64,000 nt of DNA from a virus. Position numbers and translations under genes: made by a program. The number at the start of each line of letters is the position of its first letter. Positions within the stretch are counted from its first letter, which is position 1. The notes under the pieces were generated by a model that saw nothing but the letters and a program-made list of their open reading frames with translations, had not been told where the DNA came from and searched no databases. The stretch is taken from positions 1-64,000 of IMG/VR virus record IMGVR_UViG_3300023174_006137, one strand, 5' to 3'. Of the stretch, positions 28,322 to 38,141 are shown in pieces.

Positions 28322-29365
28322 ATGAATTTATATAACACAGATGATGCAACTATAAATGATTTTTTATATTGCACACAAGAATTAGGCGAAAGAGCATCAA
28401 AAGTTATTGTAGGATTTAATTTTAAAGCAGACGAATTTAATAAAGTTATTACTCATTTTGGTAAAAAAGATATAAATTCTCTGCTTGAAATTTTACCGGA
28501 TATAGAAGGTAATATAGTAAATGAAAAAATTTTAGTTAAAATTTCTGATAAATTTTTTGTTTCATATACTCATGTTGATAAAGCATTACCAATAGGATTT
28601 ATTGCTAATGTAATTATTTATCATAAAATAGGTGATATTGAATTAATTGATGAATTTTTAGAGGAATTAAATTCTGCAATCGAAGATGTAGAAGAAGAAA
28701 CTGAAAATAATAATTTATTTTATATTACAAATAATCAAAATGGATTAGCCATTCAACCATTAAAACCTATGGTTTATGATTCTGATAATTTTGAAATGTA
28801 TTATAATGATGATACAATAAAATCGGTAAAAAAGTTAATTAAAAAAGTTAATAAATCTAATAAAGGAATTAATATAATACATGGCAAAAGAGGTTGTGGA
28901 AAAACTACATTATTAAGTTATTTAACTACTCAATTAAAAAAACCATCTATTTTTATACCGATTTCTATGATTGATATAGCAATCAATACTGGTAATATAA
29001 AATCTTTAATTAGTGAAAATTCAGTTTTAATAATTGATGATTGTGAAATTTTAAACGGTGATATGTATGGAAAATCAAGTTTAACATTTGCTAATTTGTT
29101 ACAATTAATTGATGGTTTATATTCAGATGAATTTAATTTAAATATTATTTTAGCATTTAATATTGAAAATGAGGATGATATTGATGAAGAACTTTTAAAT
29201 TCAAATAATTTGTTACATATAATCAAAATAGACGAATTAAAAAAATCAAAGGCAAAATCGCTTTGTACACATCTTAAATTAAAAAATAATATAGAAGAAT
29301 CGACTCTTTTAATAGATATAATAACAAATCGTTTAGATGAAAAATCTGAACCAATAGGTTATTAA
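28322..29365 (+). CDS. AAA+ ATPase
   Basis: Walker A GKRGCGKT, Walker B LIIDDCE, LLQLIDG. Confidence 0.8.
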   Translation: MNLYNTDDATINDFLYCTQELGERASKVIVGFNFKADEFNKVITHFGKKDINSLLEILPDIEGNIVNEKILVKISDKFFVSYTHVDKALPIGFIANVIIYHKIGDIELIDEFLEELNSAIEDVEEETENNNLFYITNNQNGLAIQPLKPMVYDSDNFEMYYNDDTIKSVKKLIKKVNKSNKGINIIHGKRGCGKTTLLSYLTTQLKKPSIFIPISMIDIAINTGNIKSLISENSVLIIDDCEILNGDMYGKSSLTFANLLQLIDGLYSDEFNLNIILAFNIENEDDIDEELLNSNNLLHIIKIDELKKSKAKSLCTHLKLKNNIEESTLLIDIITNRLDEKSEPIGY

Positions 29366-29383
29366 AAATAAATTATTATTAAT

Positions 29384-29701
29384 ATGGAAAAAGATTTAAA
29401 TTATCTGTTAACTTCAGAGTATGATGAAGGGTTAAAACCGGAAGAATTTATAGAATTGTTAAATTTATTTAAAAATGAATATAGGCTTCTTCATTCAAAG
29501 AATCGTTCATTAGAACATCAAATTGATAAATTAAATGCTGATAACGAAAATTACAAAGGGCTACTTTACGAAATTGATACAAAATGGCTTTCAAAAATAG
29601 CAAACTTAGAAGATCAAATTAATTTTTTAAATACATCATTAAGTAAAAAACTTACTTGGAAAGAAAGATTTTTAGGTAAAATAAATAGAAAAATAATTTA
29701 G
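29384..29701 (+). CDS. hypothetical coiled-coil protein
   Basis: 105 aa ORF ending LTWKERFLG. Confidence 0.7.
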   Translation: MEKDLNYLLTSEYDEGLKPEEFIELLNLFKNEYRLLHSKNRSLEHQIDKLNADNENYKGLLYEIDTKWLSKIANLEDQINFLNTSLSKKLTWKERFLGKINRKII

Positions 29702-29706
29702 TATTT

Positions 29707-29922
29707 ATGGATAATCTGGAAAAATATGATGAATTGCTTAATTTAATCACAGGAGAAATTGAAATTGATGGCAAATATTATAATCTCAAAGATGAATTTG
29801 AGAAATTCTTTATAAAAGATAATGTATCTGCTGGTATAAGAATAAGAAAAATTATGCAGAAGATCCGCTTGAAATCGAAAGAAGTGCGGAAATCTATACA
29901 GCAACACAAAAAAACGCTTTAG
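29707..29922 (+). CDS. histone H1-like (Hc1-type) nucleoid protein
   Basis: EKFF.KDNVSAGIRIRKIMQKIR..SKEVRK pattern of Bacteroidota/Chlamydia Hc1. Confidence 0.65.
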   Translation: MDNLEKYDELLNLITGEIEIDGKYYNLKDEFEKFFIKDNVSAGIRIRKIMQKIRLKSKEVRKSIQQHKKTL

Positions 29923-29940
29923 AATTATAATATATATTAT

Positions 29941-30531
29941 ATGTTAAAATTTAGTAATATTTCTGGAGAAAAAGTAAATTCGGAACCAAAGGTGCAAATA
30001 TCGCAAGAATCTTTGGAAGTAGAATCTTTTAAGCAATCTATATTAGATTTGATTGAAAAAACACTCACTATTAGAAGCGAAGGACCTGTATATAAAAATG
30101 CGGGATTAATTGTCAATAAAATTGATGGTAAAGAAATGTTTGTAGAAGCCTTAATGGATTTCTTATCTGAAAAAGAAAATAACAAAGCAATTACTTATTT
30201 AGAATCGTTAAAAGAATCGAATCGTGATTGGAAATCAATTGACGAAAAAATCCTTCAAATTAAAACAGAAACAGAAAATATTAAATTTTTAACAGAAAAT
30301 CCAGAACATGTAGAACAAATAAAATCTTTCCTTGAAAAATATTCTATGTCTGAAGATTTTAATGAAATTTTAGATAATCACATTTTAAGAGTTACTGATT
30401 TTAATACAGCCACTTTAAGATCAAAAGTTGCAGAAACTATGTTAGAAGATACAAAATATTCTAAAATACCTAAAAATAGATTACGCACCTTATCATATAA
30501 ATATGCTTATAGAGCAAATCAATTAAAATAA
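29941..30531 (+). CDS. hypothetical late protein
   Basis: 196 aa ORF; TAATATATA at 29928-29936. Confidence 0.7.
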   Translation: MLKFSNISGEKVNSEPKVQISQESLEVESFKQSILDLIEKTLTIRSEGPVYKNAGLIVNKIDGKEMFVEALMDFLSEKENNKAITYLESLKESNRDWKSIDEKILQIKTETENIKFLTENPEHVEQIKSFLEKYSMSEDFNEILDNHILRVTDFNTATLRSKVAETMLEDTKYSKIPKNRLRTLSYKYAYRANQLK

Positions 30532-30559
30532 AAACCGCTTTTAAAGCGGTTTTTATTTT
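30525..30559. terminator. bidirectional intrinsic terminator
   Basis: 17-bp inverted repeat aaaataaaaaccgcttt-t-aaagcggtttttatttt. Confidence 0.85.
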
Positions 30560-30939
30560 TGTATTAATAATTTCATTATTTTTTGAATAGAATCGTTAAT
30601 TGAATCCTCAGAAATTACTTTTCTTTTTGTTCCTTCTTCATCATAGTTACAAGAAGGGTATTCATCTTCAATAAATAAATTATCTTCTAAAATACTTTTT
30701 ATTTGACTTTCTAAATAATCCACTGAAAATAAACATATTTCTTGAAGTTCAAAATCTTTCGTTGAGTATTCATCTCCATATAAAGAAAAGATTGATTCAT
30801 CATTATTCAAAAAAGATTTCAAAATTATTTCCGCTTTTTCCTTTGAGTCAATTATAAAAGGTGTATCAGATAGATATTCGCCCAATCCTTCATCACAATT
30901 ATAATATAATTGTGTATTTTTCATTTTTAATACAAACAT
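30553..30939 (-). CDS. hypothetical protein
   Basis: ORF in an operon; ATG 30939 lies next to the upstream stop. Confidence 0.65.
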   Translation of the reverse strand: MFVLKMKNTQLYYNCDEGLGEYLSDTPFIIDSKEKAEIILKSFLNNDESIFSLYGDEYSTKDFELQEICLFSVDYLESQIKSILEDNLFIEDEYPSCNYDEEGTKRKVISEDSINDSIQKIMKLLIQK

Positions 30940-30940
30940 A

Positions 30941-31285
30941 CTATGCAAATTGTTCTTTATTTTGTTTTTGAATACAACTTTGTTCGTAAGTTTTTCTCGC
31001 CTCTTGAAAAGTTTTTTTCATAGATTTTGATTCTAACTGATTTTGTTTAATCATTGATTTATTGTCCAAGAATTCTTTTTGAATTTTTTTCATATTCCTT
31101 GATTTCTTCAAAGACTCTTTTAATGCTTCTTTTGGATTCTCCTTTTTAGCAGTTAATTTTTGATGTCTTAAAAATTCTTTATGAAAAGAGTCAATTATTG
31201 TATTCCTCGTAGCAATCAAACTACGATATGATTCAGCCAATCTGCTGCATTTTGTTCTTATATTATTTAATTGTTTTAAAGTCAT
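30941..31285 (-). CDS. hypothetical coiled-coil protein
   Basis: 114 aa ORF overlapping the upstream stop. Confidence 0.65.
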   Translation of the reverse strand: MTLKQLNNIRTKCSRLAESYRSLIATRNTIIDSFHKEFLRHQKLTAKKENPKEALKESLKKSRNMKKIQKEFLDNKSMIKQNQLESKSMKKTFQEARKTYEQSCIQKQNKEQFA

Positions 31286-31581
31286 AATTTCGGTTTTTGT
31301 AATTTAATTTGTATTTTATAAATGTCAGATAACATTACCTCTAATTCATCAATAAATCTATCTATCATAGGATGAGTATATCCGTACAATTGACGATTTA
31401 CTGCTGAAATTAAAGGGTCATTTTCTCCTAATTCTATACTCAGAATTTCAGATAAAAAAGGCCAATATTTCCGTCCAGTAGCAACACGAATAACTAACCT
31501 TGGTTTATATTCATCTACTTCTAAATTAACAATTGAAGCAGTCCAAGAACTTCTTTTATAATTATTTTGATCAAATTGCAT
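31282..31581 (-). CDS. hypothetical protein
   Basis: 99 aa ORF with coupled stop/start. Confidence 0.65.
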   Translation of the reverse strand: MQFDQNNYKRSSWTASIVNLEVDEYKPRLVIRVATGRKYWPFLSEILSIELGENDPLISAVNRQLYGYTHPMIDRFIDELEVMLSDIYKIQIKLQKPKL

Positions 31582-31805
31582 TATAGTAATTTATTAAAAT
31601 CAAAATCTTTATTACCATTAAGCTCTTTCCAACAACGAAGGCATGTTGCTATATCTGATTTAGGTGTATTAGCAATTTCCATTAAAACATTCAAATCACG
31701 ATTGCAAAATTTATTAAATTTAATAGAAATATATTTTTCAATTTCTTCTGAATTCATCTCCAAAATTGTTTTTCTGGTGCTAACACCATATGTGCTATAC
31801 GTCAT
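31581..31805 (-). CDS. hypothetical protein
   Basis: 74 aa ORF, first gene after a host-type promoter. Confidence 0.6.
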   Translation of the reverse strand: MTYSTYGVSTRKTILEMNSEEIEKYISIKFNKFCNRDLNVLMEIANTPKSDIATCLRCWKELNGNKDFDFNKLL

Positions 31806-31817
31806 AAAATTTTTTTA

Positions 31818-31849
31818 CAAAAATAATAAATAAAAATAAGAAAAACAAA
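31818..31849 (-). promoter_or_regulatory. Bacteroidota sigma70-type promoter
   Basis: Minus strand TTTG (31846-31849), 20-nt spacer, TATTTTTG (31818-31825). Confidence 0.7.
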
Positions 31850-31850
31850 T

Positions 31851-32306
31851 TTATTTAAACAAATAACAAACTTTAAAATCGTCAAAAGAATTAAATAATG
31901 GTATGTCATAAACACTACAGACGACTTCAACATTTCCTTTGCGCCAAAATCCATCCGGACAAATAACAAAAAGTTTTTTGCTATGTGCATGTAAACCTAA
32001 TTCGAGTAGTGAAATTGGTGATTTAGTATTTGGATCTAAATACATTAAAATTATATCAGATTTTTCTAATGCATTTATTTCCCATTTTACCTGTTGATTA
32101 AATTGCGGATTTTCATAAGTTTGAATCCAAGAAGAATCCCAATCAGTTCTTCTTGGATTAAAAATATTATAACCAATATCAAGCAACCATTCACCAATTT
32201 CTTTTTGCCAATCTTTGGCAACGCCCATTTCAATCGAACCAGCAAGAAAAATTGATTTCTTACCACGATCTCTAATAGCTATATTTTGCGGTGGTATAAA
32301 CAACAT
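31851..32306 (-). CDS. nucleoside 2-deoxyribosyltransferase-like protein
   Basis: IFLAGSIEMG..DWQ, NPRR.DWD, QVKWE..ALE, SPISLLELG, GFWRKGNV. Confidence 0.85.
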   Translation of the reverse strand: MLFIPPQNIAIRDRGKKSIFLAGSIEMGVAKDWQKEIGEWLLDIGYNIFNPRRTDWDSSWIQTYENPQFNQQVKWEINALEKSDIILMYLDPNTKSPISLLELGLHAHSKKLFVICPDGFWRKGNVEVVCSVYDIPLFNSFDDFKVCYLFK

Positions 32307-33097
32307 TACCAAATAAATAAAGGTATAAACCAAATAGGAGATACATAAAATGGATCCCAGTATGGATCGTAATAAACTAAATCATCTTCATATTCCTCAA
32401 TGATTTCAGTAGTTTCAACAATAGTTTCTTCAACATATTCTTCGCCAGCAGGAGCCATTTTAGCTTCTTCTAACCTCTTTTTATTAAAATCAATTTCTTG
32501 CTGAATTAAAGACATCATTAATTCAGTTCCCATTTTAATCATATTTTCCATTGCATCTTCACCAATATCAGTAATCGTAATTGCACTAGTAACTATGTCA
32601 TTAATTTCTGCCCAAAATGTATCACTAACTAAGTCATTTTGCCAACCAATTCTATTGGTATCAAAACGGTTTTCGTTAATAAATGACATGAAAACTATTT
32701 CGTGTGGATTCATTTTTTTGAAAAAAGCAACTGCAATACGAACATCAAAAAACCTTTCTTGAGATTTATATTGATTCCATTCTTCATCTGTTTTAAAACT
32801 AAAATAGTTTTCAAAAGCAAATTCGCCTTTATCCAAATCAACAAATGAGTAGATATCAAATACTTTAAGATATTCTTGATATCTTTTATTAAAGTTATCA
32901 AAAACTTTGATCGCATCATCTGTAGGAACAAATTTATCCTCTTGTATAACAAGATAATTTTGTGCCATTAGTTGAACAAATATAGGTTCAAGTAATTTAT
33001 CATTATCGGTAGCAATTGTTTTAAATACTCTACCATTGTTAATCATTTCATTTAATAAAATGATTGCTGTAAAATTTTTAGAATCGTTTATATTCAT
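32306..33097 (-). CDS. hypothetical protein with acidic/aromatic C-terminus
   Basis: 263 aa ORF ending YYDPYWDPFYVSPIWFIPLFIW. Confidence 0.75.
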   Translation of the reverse strand: MNINDSKNFTAIILLNEMINNGRVFKTIATDNDKLLEPIFVQLMAQNYLVIQEDKFVPTDDAIKVFDNFNKRYQEYLKVFDIYSFVDLDKGEFAFENYFSFKTDEEWNQYKSQERFFDVRIAVAFFKKMNPHEIVFMSFINENRFDTNRIGWQNDLVSDTFWAEINDIVTSAITITDIGEDAMENMIKMGTELMMSLIQQEIDFNKKRLEEAKMAPAGEEYVEETIVETTEIIEEYEDDLVYYDPYWDPFYVSPIWFIPLFIW

Positions 33098-33126
33098 AAA
33101 ATTATTGTTTTAATTATTAAATAATG

Positions 33127-33163
33127 ATGTAATAATAACCTTTTAAAAAGGTTATTATTACAT
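33127..33163 (-). terminator. intrinsic terminator / hairpin
   Basis: 18-bp inverted repeat atgtaataataacctttt-a-aaaaggttattattacat. Confidence 0.75.
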
Positions 33164-33176
33164 ATTTGAAATTATT

Positions 33177-34073
33177 TTATCTTCTGCGTCCTCCAAAAGA
33201 ACTTCTACTACCACCAAAAGAACTTCTTGAGCTTGAACTTCTACCAAAAGAACTTCTTGAAGAAGATGACGAAGAACGGAATCCATTAGAGCTACTACCC
33301 GAACTTCTAAAACGGCTGCCTTCACCAGAGTTAAAACTTCTTTGAGAAGAAGCAGGTGCAGAAACGGTAGTTCGTGCTGTAGTAGAATACGAAGGCTTAG
33401 AATAAGAAGAAGATGTTGATTGTCTATAACCACTGGAAGTGGATGGACGAGTGTATGTCCTCGTGGTTGTAGTTCTAGTTCTCGCATAACTTGAAGTATA
33501 AGGACGTCCATAACGGGAACGATATGGATGATATCCACCATAGTAGCCTCTACCATAACCCCAATATGGATGGTAATAATGATGTGGTGTCATAAGCCAT
33601 GTTAAAAACATATAATCACCAAATGTTAAGCCAGTAGGAGAATTATATACATAATTAGGACCACAATATGCAGGAGTGCCTGTGACAGCATAAGAATTAT
33701 TAGTAGTATTAACTGTTAAAGTAGCAACTTGAACTTTACCACTTGGCAATTCATCATAAACACCAAGAGAAGTATTGCCAGTTTGATCAACTTTAAGGTA
33801 ATCAATATTACCATCGTTGTCAAGGTCAAGGTTATTAATGTTATTTTTAGGATCATTAATAGCTTGTGTAAGCACATCAGGATTAGTTGTTTGTTTTAGT
33901 AAATTAGCAAAAGCATTTACATCAAATCCAGGGATGTCATTTGACTGAACATTAACATCCTGCTGAGGAGCGTGTGAAACTGAAACATTGTTTTGAGCAT
34001 TGGTTGGTGTGTTATTACACGCTGATACCAATAAACTGATGCCTACAAAGGCTGAAAGAATGATTTTTTTCAT
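33177..34073 (-). CDS. lipoprotein with EF-hand-like loop and Ser/Arg/Gly-rich low-complexity tail
   Basis: Lipobox LVSAC, DLDNDGNID, C-terminal SSSRSSFGG repeats. Confidence 0.75.
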   Translation of the reverse strand: MKKIILSAFVGISLLVSACNNTPTNAQNNVSVSHAPQQDVNVQSNDIPGFDVNAFANLLKQTTNPDVLTQAINDPKNNINNLDLDNDGNIDYLKVDQTGNTSLGVYDELPSGKVQVATLTVNTTNNSYAVTGTPAYCGPNYVYNSPTGLTFGDYMFLTWLMTPHHYYHPYWGYGRGYYGGYHPYRSRYGRPYTSSYARTRTTTTRTYTRPSTSSGYRQSTSSSYSKPSYSTTARTTVSAPASSQRSFNSGEGSRFRSSGSSSNGFRSSSSSSRSSFGRSSSSRSSFGGSRSSFGGRRR

Positions 34074-34123
34074 TGTTGATTTTTTAGACTACAAAGATAA
34101 AAAAGTTTTTTGAAATAGAAAAG

Positions 34124-34747
34124 TTAAAAGTTTGTTAAACGCTTAAAAACATATTTTTCAGGGTCACGATTTGTTAAATGTTCCCATATAGTATCAACCA
34201 TCTCTAATATGTTAAAATCATCATAATTAGAAATTATATAATCTGATTTTTTAATTTTAGTAAGTGAATCAATTTGTTTCTTCATCCTATTATCATAATC
34301 TTCAGATGTCAAACCAGATCTTTCATATGCTCTTTGAAGTCTTATTTTTTTTGGCACATAAACATAAATAATTCTATCTAATTGTTTATCCATTTCTGTT
34401 TCAAACAAAGTTGCTGTTTCAATAAGACACCATTTAGAATCTTTATTTTCAGAGTAAAATTTATCTATATCAGCATATATAAAAGGATCAATGATAGAAA
34501 CTAATTTTTTTAGTTTCGTATCATCGTCTTTTAAAAAAACTAAATTAGAAAGATTTTTATAGACATTACCTTCATAAATTGTTTCACCAAATTCTGCTTT
34601 AATAGATTCAATTAAATCTGGATTTGTAATTAATAATTTTTTAGAATTATCATCACAATTGTAATAAGGAACACCTTTAGCAACAAATAATTTTGAAATA
34701 AATGATTTGCCCGCTCCAAGTTCACCCGTAATTCCTACTTTTAACAT
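34124..34747 (-). CDS. coaE: dephospho-CoA kinase
   Basis: VGITGELGAGKS, FGETIY, ETATLFE, R..RAYERSG, RMKKQ, SDYIISN. Confidence 0.8.
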   Translation of the reverse strand: MLKVGITGELGAGKSFISKLFVAKGVPYYNCDDNSKKLLITNPDLIESIKAEFGETIYEGNVYKNLSNLVFLKDDDTKLKKLVSIIDPFIYADIDKFYSENKDSKWCLIETATLFETEMDKQLDRIIYVYVPKKIRLQRAYERSGLTSEDYDNRMKKQIDSLTKIKKSDYIISNYDDFNILEMVDTIWEHLTNRDPEKYVFKRLTNF

Positions 34748-34749
34748 AA

Positions 34750-35208
34750 CTAAAAATAAATTTCTTCAAAATATTTTTTTACAGATTTCCAATCGATAAA
34801 TTTATCGGAACCAAAATGTAAAAATTCACCTTCAAATTTAGTTTGTAAATCTAATTTTGATTCAACATTTATTGTGTCATCTATCAAATAGTCACCTTTA
34901 AGTAACCCTTTATCCCAACAGATAATTAATTTTTTTGCTACTTCTATTCCTAAATAGTTTTCTACCCAAACTCTTTTTTCGGTATAACATAATGGATTTT
35001 GATAGGATGGCCTTGTTAATATCCAAACATCAAAATTATTATTTAACCAATTAAAAGTTTCAATAGCACCTTCTATAGGTTCTAATGAAGTATAAAAACC
35101 ATATGTAGTTTGTGGCAAACGGATTAAATTATTTTGTAACTCATAAAATCGTTTCCAATAATCACATAGCACACCATCCATGTCACAGTATATAATCTTC
35201 TTTTTCAT
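34750..35208 (-). CDS. 5'(3')-deoxyribonucleotidase (HAD, NT5C family)
   Basis: DMDGVLCD, EKRVW, KGDYLIDD. Confidence 0.9.
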   Translation of the reverse strand: MKKKIIYCDMDGVLCDYWKRFYELQNNLIRLPQTTYGFYTSLEPIEGAIETFNWLNNNFDVWILTRPSYQNPLCYTEKRVWVENYLGIEVAKKLIICWDKGLLKGDYLIDDTINVESKLDLQTKFEGEFLHFGSDKFIDWKSVKKYFEEIYF

Positions 35209-35217
35209 ATACTAATA

Positions 35218-35703
35218 TTATCTCCATAAAGGTAAAGGATTAATTATATCTCTTAGTGATTTTATTTTCATACCACCAATAGAAGCAAGCCATTCGTCAT
35301 AATTTTGATTTTCCACTTTGATAAATTTTTCGCTCAATTCATCATAAATAAACCCAAAATCAGGATATTTCTTTTTATTAAAAACTCTTTCATCCAATAT
35401 AAGTGCAATTGCGGTCATTTGATCCCCTAAATCAGGTTCATAAAATGCTTCACAATCAACTCCTAAATCGAGTAATTTTTGATAATACTGATTTATTGTT
35501 CCCAATTTTTCAGGGTTTAAATTAGTGGTTCCACCATTTAAAACTACTGAAGTTTGCCAATTATCAGCCCAATCAATATATCTATTATCGTTTTGATATT
35601 TTCTACTATACCTTGTTACTGCATGCTGAAACTGTATTCCCGCTTGTATAGGCATTAATTGGTATATAGCTAAACCATACATTCTTAATTCTAAATTATT
35701 CAT
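35218..35703 (-). CDS. peptidyl-tRNA hydrolase 2-like phage protein
   Basis: IQAGIQFQHA, TSVVLNGG, FYEPDLGDQMTAIA. Confidence 0.6.
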   Translation of the reverse strand: MNNLELRMYGLAIYQLMPIQAGIQFQHAVTRYSRKYQNDNRYIDWADNWQTSVVLNGGTTNLNPEKLGTINQYYQKLLDLGVDCEAFYEPDLGDQMTAIALILDERVFNKKKYPDFGFIYDELSEKFIKVENQNYDEWLASIGGMKIKSLRDIINPLPLWR

Positions 35704-35757
35704 TATTTAAATCTTTTTTTATTAAAACATTTTTTACTTCGGTTGATACTAACATAA

Positions 35758-36150
35758 TTATCGTATATATGTTTTATTATTTTCCAAATCAATTATTAAT
35801 GTTTCACACCCACCAAACTGCCAATCACCATCAGTCTTATCAAAATTATACTTAAACCTAATATTTTTAAAATAATCTGTTAATCTCAAAACTTCATCTT
35901 TATCAATATCTCTATATCTTACATATTCAGCATATTTATCCTCTCTATGTTGTATAAATTCAATTGCTGTTGGTAATAATGAATGAATGAATTTTTCAAT
36001 ATCTTCTGAATCTTCTAATATTTTCCCACCACAATAATTTGTATCAGCATTGATTGTCATTAATACAACTTTTCCTATCCAATTCCAAACTCGGCAAAAA
36101 TCATTATCATAGTGAGAAACCATAATAATCTTAATATCATCTCTTTTCAT
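35758..36150 (-). CDS. hypothetical protein
   Basis: 130 aa ORF in a co-directional run. Confidence 0.65.
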   Translation of the reverse strand: MKRDDIKIIMVSHYDNDFCRVWNWIGKVVLMTINADTNYCGGKILEDSEDIEKFIHSLLPTAIEFIQHREDKYAEYVRYRDIDKDEVLRLTDYFKNIRFKYNFDKTDGDWQFGGCETLIIDLENNKTYIR

Positions 36151-36152
36151 AT

Positions 36153-36329
36153 CTAATCTCTATATTCAATAGCATTTAAATCAAATTTAAATTCTATATT
36201 ATCGCTTAAGCCATAATCATATTTTAAGATTTCTTTTATTTTTTCAATAGCTTGTTCTTCCGAAGATACATCATCGATGTCAATATCTACTTCAATTAAT
36301 AATTTACCAAAAACATTAAAACTACCCAT
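36153..36329 (-). CDS. small hypothetical protein (not in the ORF track)
   Basis: 58 aa MGSFNVFGKLLIEVDIDIDDVSSEEQAIEKIKEILK... fills the gap in the operon. Confidence 0.6.
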   Translation of the reverse strand: MGSFNVFGKLLIEVDIDIDDVSSEEQAIEKIKEILKYDYGLSDNIEFKFDLNAIEYRD

Positions 36330-36347
36330 TAGATTATTTTTTAATAA

Positions 36348-37427
36348 TTAAAATTTATAATATTTCCAAGATTGGCATTTCATATTTAAAAGACATTGAT
36401 AGAATAATTCAATTGCTGATTTAACATCTTTCTTATGAACCATTTCAACCGTTGTATGCATATACCTTAATGGTGATGCAATTATAGCAGTCACAGAATT
36501 AGCAAAGAAAAATCCCATTGTATCATTACCTTGACTACCAACTTCGACTTGATATTTTATTTTATTTTTATCTGCTGTATCACGAATGAAATCTAATAAC
36601 ATTCTATGATTTTGTGGAGCATATTCCAAAGTTGGACCTTTACCAGATTTAATATCACAATTTTTTACTTTTGACATATTTGGTGTGTCTGTGGCATGAC
36701 AAACATCATGAACCAAGGCAACATCTGCTTTTAATGCTTGTGCTATATTTTTGGCTCCTAATAAACCAACTTCTTCTTGGACAGAATTGACAATATAAAG
36801 ATCAAAAGGAAGTGGCATTTCTTTTTCATTTAATTTTTTTGCTACTTCTGCAATAATGTAACCACCAATTTTATTATCTAATGATTTACCACAATAAAAA
36901 TCTCCCAATTCAGAAAATTCTTCTTCAAAAGTAACAACATTACCAACTTCTACGCCAGCATCTTGAACTGCTTTTTTATCAGATAAACCTAAATCAATCC
37001 ATAAATTTTCTGGTTTAGGTGCTTTTTCGTCGACTGTTTTACGAACATGAATTGCTGGAAAACCAAATACACCAGAAACTTTACCATTTTTTCTTGTATG
37101 AATAAGCACTTTTTTCGATGGTGCAATAGCAGCATCTGAACCACCATGTTTAGTTACATACACTAAACCATCAGCATCAATATGTGTAATTATCCAACTA
37201 ATTTCATCACAATGTGCTTCAATAACTACTTTATATCTTGGCTTTCCTTTTGCCTCATTTTCGTCTTGCACTTTTGATTTTATTACACCATAAACTGTTC
37301 CATAATTATCAGAATGTAATTCATGAACATAAGGTTTAATATAGTCAGCCCATATTTTTTGTCCTTCCCATTCTTGCGCCACGGGAGAATACGCATTAAT
37401 GTAATTTTTTAAAAACTCTTTACTCAT
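36348..37427 (-). CDS. M42 family metallo-aminopeptidase
   Basis: AHCDEI, KSLDNK, VQEEVG, HDV, PLRYMHT. Confidence 0.9.
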   Translation of the reverse strand: MSKEFLKNYINAYSPVAQEWEGQKIWADYIKPYVHELHSDNYGTVYGVIKSKVQDENEAKGKPRYKVVIEAHCDEISWIITHIDADGLVYVTKHGGSDAAIAPSKKVLIHTRKNGKVSGVFGFPAIHVRKTVDEKAPKPENLWIDLGLSDKKAVQDAGVEVGNVVTFEEEFSELGDFYCGKSLDNKIGGYIIAEVAKKLNEKEMPLPFDLYIVNSVQEEVGLLGAKNIAQALKADVALVHDVCHATDTPNMSKVKNCDIKSGKGPTLEYAPQNHRMLLDFIRDTADKNKIKYQVEVGSQGNDTMGFFFANSVTAIIASPLRYMHTTVEMVHKKDVKSAIELFYQCLLNMKCQSWKYYKF

Positions 37428-37428
37428 T

Positions 37429-38136
37429 TTAATTGTTTCTTATTATTTCAAAATATCTTTCTCTTAGCATTTTATAATAATCAATATTATCAATGCCATA
37501 ATTACCAATTGCCCACATATCATTATATTCAACAACGGTGTTATTTCCATTTTCTAAAATACCAACATCTAATGTATAACAAATCGGAAAATTATCTAAT
37601 GATTTAATTAAAGTTTCAACCCAAACATAATTTGGTGCAACTTTAAAATCGCCCGAATAATTTCTGGCATCTATTATTGTTTTACCTCTTATATAACATC
37701 TCCATTCACTTATTAATTTATTTTTAAATGGTTCCATTACAAAAACTTCAGTATCTTCTGGATATGGATTTAAATTAGATAATGTCATTAAATCATAAAC
37801 CATTCCTGAAAATAATTTTGGTATAGTTGGTTTTACAAATAATTTTTTACCATCTAAAATTTTTTCCTTAACTTCTTTTATAGTTGATAAAGTAAAAGAT
37901 TGAGAAGGGGTCATTGCTGGCACTGATATATTAATACGGTTAAATACTTCTTGCATAAATTCAACAGATCCGACAAATAAATGTTGTCGAATTAAAGCAT
38001 CAAATTTACCTGATTGTATTTCTTCAATAGAAGTTAAACGAATAGTTTGTCCATTATCTAATGCACCATATAAACCACAAGCTGCATCAAAATGATGTGG
38101 TAATTTTCGTTCTGAATCTGATTGTATATACACCAT
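37429..38136 (-). CDS. ATP-grasp fold protein (R2K/DUF4343-like)
   Basis: FVGSV, LFVKP, SEWRCYI, YTLDVG, VVEYND.WAIGNYG. Confidence 0.75.
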   Translation of the reverse strand: MVYIQSDSERKLPHHFDAACGLYGALDNGQTIRLTSIEEIQSGKFDALIRQHLFVGSVEFMQEVFNRINISVPAMTPSQSFTLSTIKEVKEKILDGKKLFVKPTIPKLFSGMVYDLMTLSNLNPYPEDTEVFVMEPFKNKLISEWRCYIRGKTIIDARNYSGDFKVAPNYVWVETLIKSLDNFPICYTLDVGILENGNNTVVEYNDMWAIGNYGIDNIDYYKMLRERYFEIIRNN

Positions 38137-38141
38137 AATTA

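Noticed and set aside
33158-33556. 132 aa alternative-frame ORF overlapping the lipoprotein
   Set aside because: Leu/Val-rich shadow of the Ser/Arg low-complexity codons; no independent signal
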